Below, one piece after another: positions 12,733-24,588 of a stretch of DNA of 64,000 bases; the first letter of the stretch is position 1; each line of letters begins with the position of its first letter. The DNA is from Macrostomum lignano (lineage: Eukaryota), in NCBI GenBank assembly GCA_002269645.1, contig NIVC01001474.1:218875-282874 (forward strand), written 5' to 3'. The notes below the pieces were generated by a model that made no database searches, had not been told where the DNA came from, and was given only the letters and a program-made list of their open reading frames with translations. The translations under genes were made by a program, and so were the position numbers.

Positions 12733-15700
12733 CCGATTTTCATTGTTTCTTCAAAATACTAAAAATGATATACAAAAATGGCTCTTCACCACACTTTTAT
12801 TATTGATTCCAATGAGTGACTAACAGACAAAACTAATGCTTACCTATTTCCAGGCAGCTTTCTTGGACACAGAACTAAAATGGAATTATATTGGATTGCC
12901 AGTTAGACTTAGTAAGCTATTACTTTTGGGATATACTTATATTCTACCAGTTTTAGTATAATCCTTAACTTGATGATTGTTAAAGAATTAAGCATTGGAG
13001 ATGTGATTTATAATTCAATACAGCAGCCTGAGCAGTGATAGGCAATGACTAGTTAATAAAAGTTATCTTGAAAAGATAATTTTTTTTAAAATAAAAAACA
13101 TTAAACATTTAAACTTAAACTCAAGAAACTAACTTTCTTGATAACAAAAAAACTCCAAATTTTCAAAAAATAGCTCTTTTCTGGCTAACTTGTCCATTAC
13201 TGCAAATATGGAAAGATAATAATAGAAAAGGGACAAAGGCTAGCATAGCAAGCCTTTGTTAGCAAAATAACAAGGTGTTTATTAATATGTTGTTGACCAC
13301 AAAGTCATTACCAAAAACACTATAAAAATATTTTCCAAGGTACACTACCATAAAAATATACATAAATAATGAATACAAAGTCTAAAGTAATTTAAGTAAA
13401 CAACCTAGCCCTACATTATAAGCTACCATTATATTTAAAAACTTAAGGACCAGACTAAAGACAAATGCATATATATAACCATTTTAACAACATATTAAAA
13501 ATATTTGCATAACTTACCTTGGAAAAAATAACATTATTGAGACAAGGCCTCACTATAGGAATTGGTTTTGTTGTACCATAACAAAACAAACACATTTTGC
13601 TGCCTTTGCCTTTCCAAGCCAAAGTAATCCTGGCTTGCTGGTCTGCGTAGCCTTTTAGCCCTTGGACTTTGGCTTGAATGATCACCAGTTTCCATATTCT
13701 TTCTAAATTAAATAGAAAATTTGCACCATGCAATTTAAGTTTAGACTTCAGATTAAAATATAATTATGATCAAAAAATTATTACTGAGTTTGAAGAATAT
13801 TTTATAAAGATACTCATAATCATGACTACTATTATGCATATTTCATAAGCTTAAGGACTAAGGGTAATATGCTTATAAACATGCATTTTCTATTTAAATC
13901 ATGACCTCATGATTTAAAGATCTCTGGATAATCTTTATAATCCATGATCTTACTTAGCTAGCTTATGGATTAGACCAGTATACTATCTATACTATATACA
14001 TAGTCTATATATAGCATTGTCTAAATAGTGTATTACTAATAATAACAGCAAACAAAATCAAACATAATATAATTATCAATGAACCATGTAGTTTAAAGTT
14101 AGAAACACCCACTTTTCAGAGTATGGCCCAGTGGCAAATATAGAGCCGCAACCAAAAATTTTTTTTCATACTTTTTAGGGTATAGGACCAAGTGAGGGGG
14201 AGCTATTATCTTCCTGCATTGCTATTGCCATATTGGTTGTGATGGGTTATAGAGTTAGATAAGAGGAAATATCCTAAGATTGGTTACTAATAACTTGTAA
14301 TAAGCCAAGGCAAATAAGTGGCCCAAAATGGTTGCAAGTCAACCAAGGCAATTTTAACAATACACCTAGGCCTATCTTATAGTTCCTTTATAATTCAAAT
14401 TGAATGAAAAAAATGAGGAGCCTGGCTTATTTACCCACTTGGCCCATTTACTAGTTTCTTTCTTGTAGCCTTGTCTTATTGGCTCTCTCTATCTTACCCT
14501 TTCTCAGCATCATCCAATAACATGGCAAGCCAAATTCCTCCCCCTAGCTCCCCCAAGTATGGCAGTCTTTGTGTGGCAGTCTTGGCAACCTCAGTGTCAA
14601 TTCCATTAGCCAGTTAGAGCTGTGGCAGTCTTGGTGTATGGCAGTCTTGGTCATGAGCCCTTTTTTGGTCTACAACTATAATTATGCCAGGTCTATTAAG
14701 TAGGCCTATTTTCCAATATTGGGTTGTAGTGTTTGGTATAGCTTGGCCCCTTTCTTAAAAGTTTTCTAGATCTGCACTTGGTATGGCCTTTTATAAAATA
14801 GAATAAACTAGAGTCTAAGTAAGGAAAGGGCCTATTTATTCATAGCTCAATAGGCCTAACAGACAATATCAGTTATACATAGGGTGTATAGTACCATTGT
14901 CTGATTATAGAATAGGGTAGGCCTACCCATGGCCATGACCCATGAGTCATAGGAAGGGGGAATACCGAATAGGTTATGTATGGGTACCCTATGGCCTACC
15001 TGTCCCTTGGTTAGTAGAGAAGTTAATGAATAATAGGTAAATAGCTAAATAACTGGATATTATATATAATTTATAAGTTGAAAGACCTTATTTTTTCATT
15101 CAAACAATAACATTATACCTATGGACATGTTGTCTGATATAATTTGTCAGTTGTCATGGCTTTTTCATCATTTTGACATTGCCATTATTATTGCATTAGC
15201 CTAAGAATGATGGAATATATGAGAGACAAGTTAGACCTAACCTCTGAACTTTAAAGGTATTCTACCTAATTCCTAATGATCCTTACCGATTTAAAGATTA
15301 AATCTAAAGCACATTTTGGTATATATGCGAAAGATTCAATCAACTGATCCTATTTTTAGATGGACAACAAGTCAATAATTGCAGATAAGGAGAGGCACGT
15401 TTTTCATTACTTTGTTCATACCTATTTTACTAGCTAAGGTATAACAAAACATTTTTCATTGCGATGAAGTCTTTAACCGTTATTCCCTTTTATTTATTGA
15501 AAAGAAAATCTAATGTATAAAAAGTGAGTAACTTGTTTCGGCAACATATATTTAAACATATGTATGTTTAATTTCAAACCTTGTAAAGTAAGATCTGACA
15601 CGAAGCAGCATATTTTGTTCCATATCTTGCATGAAAAAGCAGATATGACTGACGCAATTAATGACACTTTAAGCTTAACTGAAGCGTGTTTTTATGTTTG

Positions 15701-16894
15701 TTACTGTCATATTATTTCTTTCTATACATTCCTGATACTCCACACTCATTTGGATAAGAAATTTATGCACTTATCGTGAGCAGATACTAGCCGCATCTGG
15801 TAAGATATTACAAGACATAGCAGATGCTAAGATCTGTTAAGAAATGAAAGTTAAAAACAGATCTGCTACGCGGGTGTGAACAGATTGTCATCTAGGGGAG
15901 TTTTACGTCCTGTTTATACAGTGGTCCTTGGAGAGAAAATGCACGTATCTGCGGTTAAGGACTACCTGAGTAGTCCCTGGAACGTATATTTACGTGCTTC
16001 AAGAGCAAAATTTGCAAAATTGTTCTCGTTCTGGCAAAATGTGCTCACTAGTGTATTCAGATAGTACGAGCCGTACACATGTATTTAGATCATTCATAGA
16101 TGATGGGGTTTGAGTGCAGACGCCGCCTTTTGTAGTAAGCTGGCTCTTACTGTATGTCTGTCTGTCCGTCTGTCTGTTTGTCTCATTGATCGAATAGTAG
16201 CAAACTGTGTCGGTACACGCGCACTCGACAACATGTACTTTTTTATATATACGATTAGTGGCTACTATATACTAGCTACGAGTCTGTCTATCGTGAAAGT
16301 ACAAGTGCACAAGCTAAACTTACGCCTAGTGTACATGTACTAAGGGATGAATTTTCTATCCAATATGAGTACGGTCAGTCAGATTTGGGGGGGGGGGATG
16401 AGACGCTTTGAGCTGGGTGAGAGCTATATGTACAAGCTGCAGGATTTCATGTGCATGCGACTATATGAGTTAGTGCCAAGACGCTGGATTCGACTAGAGA
16501 GGATGACGAGTAGTCGATATACATGTAGTAGTCGAAATCATAGCTTACAGCTACTGCTAACCGTGCTGTCTGAAGATCGTACACGCAAGAGTACATGTGG
16601 ATCTCTACTTCCTCATTATTATACCGATCTTTTCGATAATTTCATCATCAACTTTGCAATTTACTCATGGTTTAGATATGAGTTTTGTTGTTATACTATC
16701 AACAGATCTCTTCAGCCATTGGCCCACGACCATATGCATCAATTATTCTACTGTCCGAAAGGAAAAAAAACGGAATAGTATGCAGATCGAGGCAATTCCG
16801 TGGAAAATCCTTTGCATCATTGGATGAAGCAAAATATAAGAAACTGAATAGTAGACTGACTGATCAAGGCGTGCAAAATTGAAATTGCCGATAA

Positions 16895-19800
16895 ATGATT
16901 CAGCTTGAAGTCCTTCAGACATTCGTCAGCCAGGTAATTTACCTATGCATTGGCTGTCTACGCAATTTTATCGCGGATTCTGCGACAGTGACTGTGACTG
17001 ATGATGATTTCATTGCTGCGATTGAAGCAAAAAAATTTACTGTTGTTGAGAAGTATATTTTTCAAGGAAAGAATTTTGACAGATTGTACGCATTCAGAGG
17101 AGAGCATTTGACTCCGGTAATGCTGGCTTGTCAACACGGATGGGAAGACCTCTTGTCGAAACTTATTATAGAAAAAGTAGATGTCAATAGGCAAAACAGG
17201 CAGGGAATCTCTGCTCTGTACATTGCATCAGAGCAAGGCCATCATCAGCTGGTGAAGATACTTTTTACTGCAAAAGCGGACGCCAATATTCGGACAAACT
17301 GCGGTCAGTCCCCGCCATGTATGTTGCATCAATTTCGGATCACTTTGAAGTCGTTCAAGCTCTAATAGAAGCCCAAGCTGAAGTCGATATTCAAGAGAAC
17401 TCCGGTGAGTCGCCACTGTACATCGCGTCACAAAACGGTCACTCCAAAGTTGTTGAGCTGCTCATTCGAGGGCATGCAAATGTTAATTGTAGAAAAAACA
17501 CTGGCTGCTCCTCCCTCTACATAGCCTCGCACAACGGACATTCACTAGTTGTAGAAATGCTCATCAAAGCATGCAAAAGCCAATGTTAATTTGCAGCGAA
17601 ACACAGGTTTGTCACCTCTCTGTACACTGCAGCTCAAAATGGTCACTGTCAGGTTGTAGGCATACTTATTAAATCTGGAGCAGATGTTAATTTGCAAAGA
17701 AACAATGGCTCTTCTCCTCTTTTCATAGCATCAGCAAACGGTCACATTAGTGGTTGAGTTACTTATCAAAGCAAAAGCAGACGTCAATCTTCAAGAGGCG
17801 TCGGATGGCTGGTCACCTCTAAGCGTTGCATCGTTAAAAGGTCATTATAGGGTGGTGCAGCTGCTTATTGATGCTCAAGCGGACGTGAACCAAACAATCA
17901 ACTCTGGCAAGTCGCCACTCTACATTGCATCGCAATATGGTCACCCCCTAGTACTGGGATTACTCGTAAAAGCTCAGGCCGTCGTCAACTCAACAACGAA
18001 TACCCATTTGCATCCAATCTTGATTTCAGCTCAAAATGGTCACCATCAGATAGTTGAGCTTCTGCTAACGCCAGAAGTTCTCTCCAATTGTCGTGCATTG
18101 TTGCAAGCCGCATTAAGTTGCGCCAAAGAGTTTGGTAATGATCTTGTTGCAGAACTGCTGTGCCTAAAACTGAATCTCGAACTTCGCCGCGAAATTCCGA
18201 TGCCATCCCAAAACAGGTTTGTACATTTTTATCAAGAATTCTAATTCTTTGATGCATTCAAAGACTCTTCTTCAAGTAAATTGATAGAACAATGATACAT
18301 ATGAAAATCGAATTTCTCCAATTTTTCTATTCGTCAGGCTGCATACCGACGCAGAAATAAGTCAGAGGCTGCACTCAGCTCTAAATAATTCGGGATTCCA
18401 GGACTCGAGAGCCGCCTTGCAGAGCGCTGTGGCCGACGTTATGCAGGAGATTTTGAGAAAGCGGTTGAGATATGATACGTTTTGGTTGGCAGTTTTTCTG
18501 AAGGCTACGGAAACAATCTTGCAATTCTGGATGGCACAACAGCTCCTGAATCTGATATTGACTTGGCGCTTCTCTTACCTGGCCTCATCCACCTACAGGA
18601 TCTGTGCAAATGTAGTGAAGACAATACATGTATTTCAAAAGTTAAGTACAGTAATGGACACGTTTGCATACACGTGAGTTGACCAGATTATTTAGTTAAT
18701 TTGCCATTACTACCGGGAAAACAATTTAACTTCTAATTTAATTTCTTTTTTCCGAATCATCACTGAAGCATCAAAGCCTGCAAATAATTGCAAGGGCTCG
18801 ATCCTGAGACCAGCAGTGGATTTTGTGATCGCTCGTCGCCTCTGCTGCTACCCGCCCATCGCGCCGCTGCTTGAGAACCGAGTCTCCGACTCAATCATCC
18901 CCCAGTCTGTGCTGCAGTCGCTCCAGCATCTCCTCACCTCTGCCTCATCGCCCTGTCACGTGGTGCACGCAGCGCCTCCCGGAAAAGGAGGCCAGCAGCT
19001 CCGAGTGAGCACCAGCTTCCTGGAGAACCCGCTGCTGCGGAGTCTCGCCACTCTGCAGGGCCAGCTGTTCGTTACGCTCAAGTGGCTGCTGAAGAAGGCC
19101 GTCCGACACAACGGCTTCAAGTCGTATCACGCAAAGACCATCGCGTTCCGAATGCTCGTGAGTCTCACCAGACGCTCGCTGCAGATGCTAGAGCGACTGC
19201 AGATCAGGCAGAGCTGACGCCAGGATCATGGACCACTTCTTCCTTGGCGATGCCGCTGTGTACCTGAGAGGCGTGGACACCACATCAGCTGAGAAGGCGA
19301 CTCGAGCGTTGAATGAGGCAGCCGATGCAGTGAGAGAGGCGATCGATAGGCTGCCTGAGCTGCTGCTGGAGTTCGAGCACAGCCTGCGACCCGTCACCGA
19401 CTCGGGCCGATTCCACTTCCACCCGTTCCTCATTCTGCCTCACCTGTATGATGAGCCTGTGCCTGCGGCCAATCAATGCGAGTACCACGAGATCTACGAC
19501 ATTGTGAAAACGGCGATACTTCAAGTCTCTACTTTGAACCAAACATCAGACCCAGAGTCCCGACAGCGTCTCTCGGAGCTGATTGGCAAGCTGCCAGACT
19601 GCGCCTTCTCAACGCGAGAGTCTCTCAGAGCGCTGAGCTGTCTGAAGTTCGGCGACCGAGAGGCTGCAGCGAAAGTCGTGAGCGACTGCAGGCCGTTCAG
19701 GGCGAGCAGAGGCATCGACTGGCCCGCTGAGAGGTCAGCGAGTGAGGCGCCACTTGGTGTGGCGGCACCTGAGGAGCCGAGACTCCGCATGGAAGTTCTG

Positions 19801-20164
19801 CTTCGAATTGGAGAGTAGACTAAAACTTCCATTCAGTAGTGAAATCTTCATCAATTCCATTCCTCTTCAATTAAGATTCTATGATGACAACTACGTTGTG
19901 AACTTCGACGCTCTGCTACAGGCACTCCGCTTCGAGTTGTTAAGGGCAGGAGACTCCATTGCTCAAGACTGGATCCGGGATGTGGCGCACAGGGAGGATG
20001 CGGATGAACAGGAGCTGGTGGTCGCTGCAGTTTACTGTGAAGATCTGGAGCTGCTGCGGCAGCTGCGCAGGAGAAGCTCCAGGATGTTCGGCGACGTGCC
20101 TCAGTGGCTGGAGAGCAAACTTCAACGGCTTAAGTGTGCAGTAAACTTAGAAAAATTAGAATAG
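16895..20164 (+). pseudogene. Ankyrin-repeat plus Mab-21/cGAS-like (cGLR) nucleotidyltransferase gene, disrupted by at least 6 frameshifts
   Basis: About 10 ankyrin repeats (e.g. GESPLYIASQNGHSKVVELLI) at ~17100-18070, then a phase-compatible intron at 18217-18337. Downstream are the NTase motifs LVGSFSEG..ESDIDL, AVDFVIA, QLRVSTSFLE, FVTLKWLLKK and SYHAKT, followed by a helical C-terminal region to 20164. Frameshifts lie near 17315, 17572, 17618, 17746, 18481, 19200 and 19760. Confidence 0.85.
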
Positions 20165-21775
20165 CTTTTTGCACACTTTCTCGAGCATAAATTTTCTAAC
20201 AGCAACGCATTTAAGGATGGAAATGAAAGACATGTTACAAATCAAAATAACAATTCTGCCGCAATGAATTTATAGCAATTTGAGTGATTTTTTTAGATTC
20301 ATGCTCTTGTATTGTAGAACAAATATTAACTTCTACTTATAGTAGCAGGTACCGATGAATCACAACGTTATTTTTAGAAGTGTTCAAATCGAAATTTAAA
20401 TTTGACCTTCAACTGCTTAATTTTTATACCAGAGACATTTGATGAGGAACTTTCAGCCACACTAATGCGGCGGCATATGAACGCTCTCCTCCCTGTACTT
20501 CACTTTACTTACTTCCAGTACTGTAGGAGTGGCATTTTTTCTTTTTTTTCTATTTCCTCCATTCTTTCCTTTCCGCTCTCTTATCTTTTCGGTTTATTCT
20601 TTCCGCTCTTTTTGGTTTAAGTAGCAACAAGCTTAGTCAATCAGAAAATTCAAAGTGCGTTTTAACTAATTGGCTCAGCCGATCAGAATCGACGTGTTCC
20701 GGTATAACAAATGGCGGACCAGTTGGCGCCAATTTAGACTGCCAGTTTTGACATACTCAAACGTCGCCTACGTGAAAGACTGGCCTACGGACCACGGTTT
20801 CCCCTCCCCAATGCTGATTTGCCCCACCTTTGGATTGCGACATCAAGTTGGAAGACAGAATCTTTGGCGTCAACTGCCAGAACTTCATCGAGAATCGGCT
20901 GTCACCTGAGCTACGACGAGTCTCAGAACTCCTTGGCCATTGGCAGTCTGAGTACGTGATAGGTTGGTTGATAGGCTACTTTGAATCTGCTTAGCTGGAA
21001 GCACCCTCTATCTGGCTCCTTTTTAGTAGTTTGATGATTGAATCAAAAAATGAATGTGTCTGTGTGTAAATGACAGCCTAGAGGAAAAACGGCTAGATGG
21101 ATTTTCACCTGACCGGATCGGAAATATTACGGGGAGTGTCAATGTGGTGTTTAAATGTTTAGTTTCAATTAAGAAATTGGTGAAAATGTACAAAAATCCA
21201 CAGAACAGTTCTGTGCAAAAATCTGTTTTTTCCTATATCTAATTAGTGTATTTTTCTCGAAGTGAGAGCTCAATATGTCTATGGCCATAGACTAAACTTC
21301 AATTTCTTGAGCTGATGCTACAAGCTATAAATAATTAAATTTTTCTCACAGAGAGAGCTCAATAAAATAATAATATATCTATGGCCATAGACTAAGCTTC
21401 AACTTAAAGCAAGCATCCCCCAGATAGCAGCAAGCATCCTCCAGATAGAAAGCATCCCTCAGACATTGTGGTGCACTACTTCAATACTTTCAAAGTGCAT
21501 TGGCTGATATCTTTCCCTTATGCAAAAAAGCATGTTTTCGAATCCTCATATTTGATTATTTATAGCTCGTAGCATCAGCTAAATATTGAATCTTTCACAT
21601 TGCTTAGTTGCTTTTTCTTGTGCTTCTTGTGCATTTCAAGGCAGGAATCCATTGTTTATTACTAAGAGTAGCTTGTTCGCTTTGAACCAATTTAAGAACT
21701 TGTTAATTTAGTGAGCAGGCAAATTTGATCCGATAAATCATTTTGTTTTCTTTCTTTTGATTCCTTAATTCACTA

Positions 21776-22010
21776 GGGTTGTAGCCTAGTGGTTAGAGCG
21801 TCGGACTCAGAATTGAAAGGTCGGGGGTTCGATTCTTGACCCACTAGAAACAATTTGTGTCCTTGAGCAAGACACTTAACTCTACATTGCTTTACATTTT
21901 AAAATGGATGCCAGCATTAGCTTGAGGGCAACGCCCCCAGCCCTTGGACTGAACAGCCGTACGCAGTTTCAGATGCGCCGCGCAATAGCTGCGGCTGAGC
22001 TGTCGGTTGC
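21776..22010 (+). mobile_element. tRNA-derived SINE, copy 1 (CORE-like central domain)
   Basis: Pol III A box TAGCCTAGTGG and B box GGTTCGATTC, then TGTGTCCTTGAGCAAGACACTT. Related copies lie at 49671 and 54884. Confidence 0.88.
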
Positions 22011-22814
22011 TCAATCAATTATTATTTTTGTTATTGATTTGCAATGCGAGCTCGAGAGTGAGCAGCTAAGCTGAAGGTGAATATATAGGGTCTCAGTGGG
22101 GCCATGACTGCTCTGCATCAGCGCTATTGGAAAGTTTGCAGGCATATTTTTGGCCAGAAGCTTGCATACATAAATTTGATAATGTAATATGAATACTACA
22201 TTCCCCTGACCCTACAAGTCTCGCCTTGCAAGAACCCCCTGCACAAGTCCCCTCTGTGCCTACATGGTCAATGCGATCCAGTCCCAGCAGCGTCCCTTTT
22301 ATCGACTATATATGATTATGAGATTGACAGCTAAAATACACTAGTTAGCCGGTTAGTCTAGAGCCTATAATCGGAAACCCTATTTCGAAATGGTGAGCCA
22401 TCAGTTCGCTCGGGTTCGTGGATTAGCTGATTTTTACCTTATAAAGTTCTCTCTGCTTGTCTCTCGCAGTAGAGAGAGACAAGGTAGAGAAACGGCTTGA
22501 GCGCAAAACCTACCCCTCTCAAAAGATTAATTGCTTTGCATTTCTGCCTCGTTGACTAAAAAAGACACTGACGTCGGATAATATTCGGTACTGCGAGTTT
22601 TGAATTGTGAGACTCAGATTAATAAATATAGTCTTTCTGTCACGCAAGCAGAAGATAACAGGAAAATAAAACCTGTCATATTTGGCTTCCAGACCGATTT
22701 TACGTTATGCTGAATCATGAACTCTTTATCAGCTTATCAAAATCAGAGAATTTGACTGGGTTTAGCAACCTGTTTAATTGTTTTAAGATGTAGCTTCTGA
22801 CCTCTCAGCACCCT

Positions 22815-22960
22815 TCGCCCCATAAGTCTTGACATTTCAGTAATTCCCCCGTAAGCCTTCGAATCTCAAAAATCCCCCTTGTAAGTCTTGACATTTCAGC
22901 GAGTCCCCCAGTAAGCCTTGGCATCTTTGCAATACCCCGTAAGCCTTAGTATCTTATCAT
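22815..22960. repeat. ~30-bp degenerate tandem repeat (GTAAGCCTTGACATTTCAGTAATTCCCCC); a second cluster lies at 40190-40260
   Basis: The same unit is seen at both loci. Confidence 0.7.
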
Positions 22961-24588
22961 TCTCCCCAAATACGTAGTCACGAACATTTATAGGAATTCC
23001 TCCTGAGTATTGATCTCGGATATTTTCCTTGAGCTTTCACATCTTAGCATTCCCCAAAGAATCATTTCTGTTCGACAGCACGCTTCTTTTGTTTTACATG
23101 GTGTCTCTTTTATTTGTAAGTTTAATATGTAACGAAAAATTTCGATAAAAGCATAAAAACATTTTATAATAACATTTATCGAACAATCAGTTCCAAGGTC
23201 GAAAAGTCCGCTTGACCTGTGCCGAAGCATGTTTTTTCGAATATTTAATCCCTTTAGCATTGAGCAATTTCAAGACGCATGTACCGTCAAGGTAAATTTT
23301 CTGATCGAATGGTGTAAGTTTGAAGAAAATCGGTTGAGCCATTTTTGTTCTGAAATCGATCACATAGATGCCGAAAACTCATTTTAGTATATGGTAGCCA
23401 TTTTGCCCCCCCCCTCTGGGTGGCTCCTTAGCAGTGTAGTGCTTGTCTATAAGCAGTTTTGCACAGTCCTTAAACAAATGCCCCTAATATGAGACTGAAA
23501 AGTGACTTTACTTGTGCCAGAAGAGTACTTGGCCTACACAGTGAATTTGAATCAGTGGCGCACCCAGAAATTTCTTAAGGGGGGTGGGCCAGTGGTTTGA
23601 CGTTGATAACAAATGAACAAGAAAAACAAAAATAGGCAACGGAATTTTTGGCTCCTCTCCGCACCCAAGCCTCGCATAAAAAATCTTCAGGGCCCAGCGC
23701 AACGAAGAGGCTGCCCCCCCCCCCCGAGTGCGCCCCTAATGAGAAGGTCTAGCAAATATGCAGACTGTTTCTAAATTGTTGTACAGAGTTGAATTCTACG
23801 CCATCACAGCTGTACAATAGCTTGTATTTTGATATGCAGCAATTTTACGCTCTCATCAACAATTCTGCCTACTGCCCCGGGCAAAATAGCAGCGCAGACT
23901 GTTTTTTTGCGGTTTCCAAGGCTGAGAAACCAAAGCAAACACAATATCTGACAGTCTATAAGATGCTTTACTAGAGTAGTGCCTCTAGACGGCTAGCTAG
24001 CATCCACTTAGCATTAGGCGAACAAATTCAACTACGAGTAGCTGTACAATTCGAAAAGACTTGAAATAGCTAATAGAAAAGCAATTTCGAGCATTTGAAG
24101 ACGCTGAAAAACAGCCCCATGGTGTCAGGTGCTGTGCAAACATGGTGAGTTATCTAGGAATGCTATTTTGAATTGCTTTTCAGAAGACTATTGCAATGCT
24201 TATTTTCATTTTTTTAAACTATATTTTATAGAATATAACAGGCGACTCGAAAAAAAGACAATTTGCTGCAAATGCCCCACTTTAAACTCTTACAAGTGGG
24301 GCTAAATTCAAGCTTATTTCAGATATTTCTCGAAATTTTATCGTCGATCTGTTTCAAGGTGATGACGCGTGGAAACTCACAAGAATCAGTGTAGGCAGTT
24401 GAACTGTATTTCTTTTTAAGTCGCTCGTAACACCAAAGATAATCCAGAACTTTCTAGCTATTGCGCTTTCAAGTCATCAAGAATCAATTCATTAACCCTG
24501 CAATGCACTATAAACATTTTATGTGCATTTTAGTGTAAAAACAGAGTTTTTTATGTTATCGAAAAACTATAATTTTTTCTTCTGAATA

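Noticed and set aside
21776-21850. tRNA gene (also at 49671 and 54884)
   Set aside because: A and B boxes are present, but there is no complete cloverleaf or acceptor stem, and the sequence continues into a shared SINE body.
23553-23720. MITE with CAGTGGCGCAC / GTGCGCCCCT ends
   Set aside because: The termini are imperfect and no TSD could be identified. It is plausible but not supportable.
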